Of a stretch of 7,653 nucleotides of DNA, positions 7,442-7,653 are shown piece by piece. The stretch comes from Tubiluchus corallicola. Its lineage: Eukaryota > Animalia > Priapulida. Each line of letters opens with the position of its first letter. Position 1 is the first letter of the stretch. The notes beneath the pieces were generated by a model that was not told the DNA's origin, ran no database searches, and was given only the letters and a program-made list of their open reading frames with translations. The stretch spans positions 1 to 7,653 of the forward strand of contig JAQGDQ010002226.1 in assembly GCA_030141605.1 (NCBI GenBank). Direction: 5' to 3'. The position numbers and the translations under genes are program-made.

Positions 7442-7653
7442 TATAATTAAAACACCACAACTTTATTGGAACTTTTAGTTTACATAGTTAAAAAATCATG
7501 TCAAATGTTTTGACAGAGCTACTGCTGACATCATCAGTGGTAAATTTTTACAAACGTACAACCAGTTTATATAGGCAGAGTCTACAGTTAGAACCTTATG
7601 CACTAATTATGTATTTAACAAAAGCCAATTGGGTAACGAATAAGCAGACCCAT
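7442..7653 (-). mobile_element. Second copy of the PLE 3' terminal repeat with a degenerate hammerhead (runs off the window end)
   Basis: Colinear and in the same orientation as 679-~882, e.g. tagttaaaaaatc.tgtcaaa.gttt.gacagagctactgctg.catcatcagtggt...aaccagtttata.aggcagag.ctacagt...tatgcactaat...aataagcagacc. Confidence 0.85.

Overview
AT-rich eukaryotic genomic DNA, inferred to be from an invertebrate animal because it carries LDLa modules and CR1-like, Penelope-like and tRNA-SINE remnants. The one convincing host gene is an intronless reading frame at 5353-6462 (+): signal peptide, eight tandem LDL-receptor class A (LDLa) repeats and a GPI-signal-like hydrophobic tail. The ORF track truncates it (5692 start) because a single in-frame TGA at 5467-5469 sits exactly at conserved Cys3 of repeat 1, while the other 47 LDLa cysteines are intact. 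That is a nonsense allele, a sequencing error, or UGA recoding; I found no convincing canonical SECIS by eye. The rest is mostly repeats: a tRNA-derived SINE (~41-331); the 3' end of a Penelope-like element on the minus strand with a minimal hammerhead ribozyme (679-1212), plus a second decayed copy at 7442-7653; a decayed CR1-like LINE ORF2 end (3523-3850); a diverged duplication of A/C-rich sequence (1814-2180 and 2468-2836); and a small foldback element with periodic palindromes (3243-3384). All family assignments come from hand translation and recalled motifs, not from database searches.
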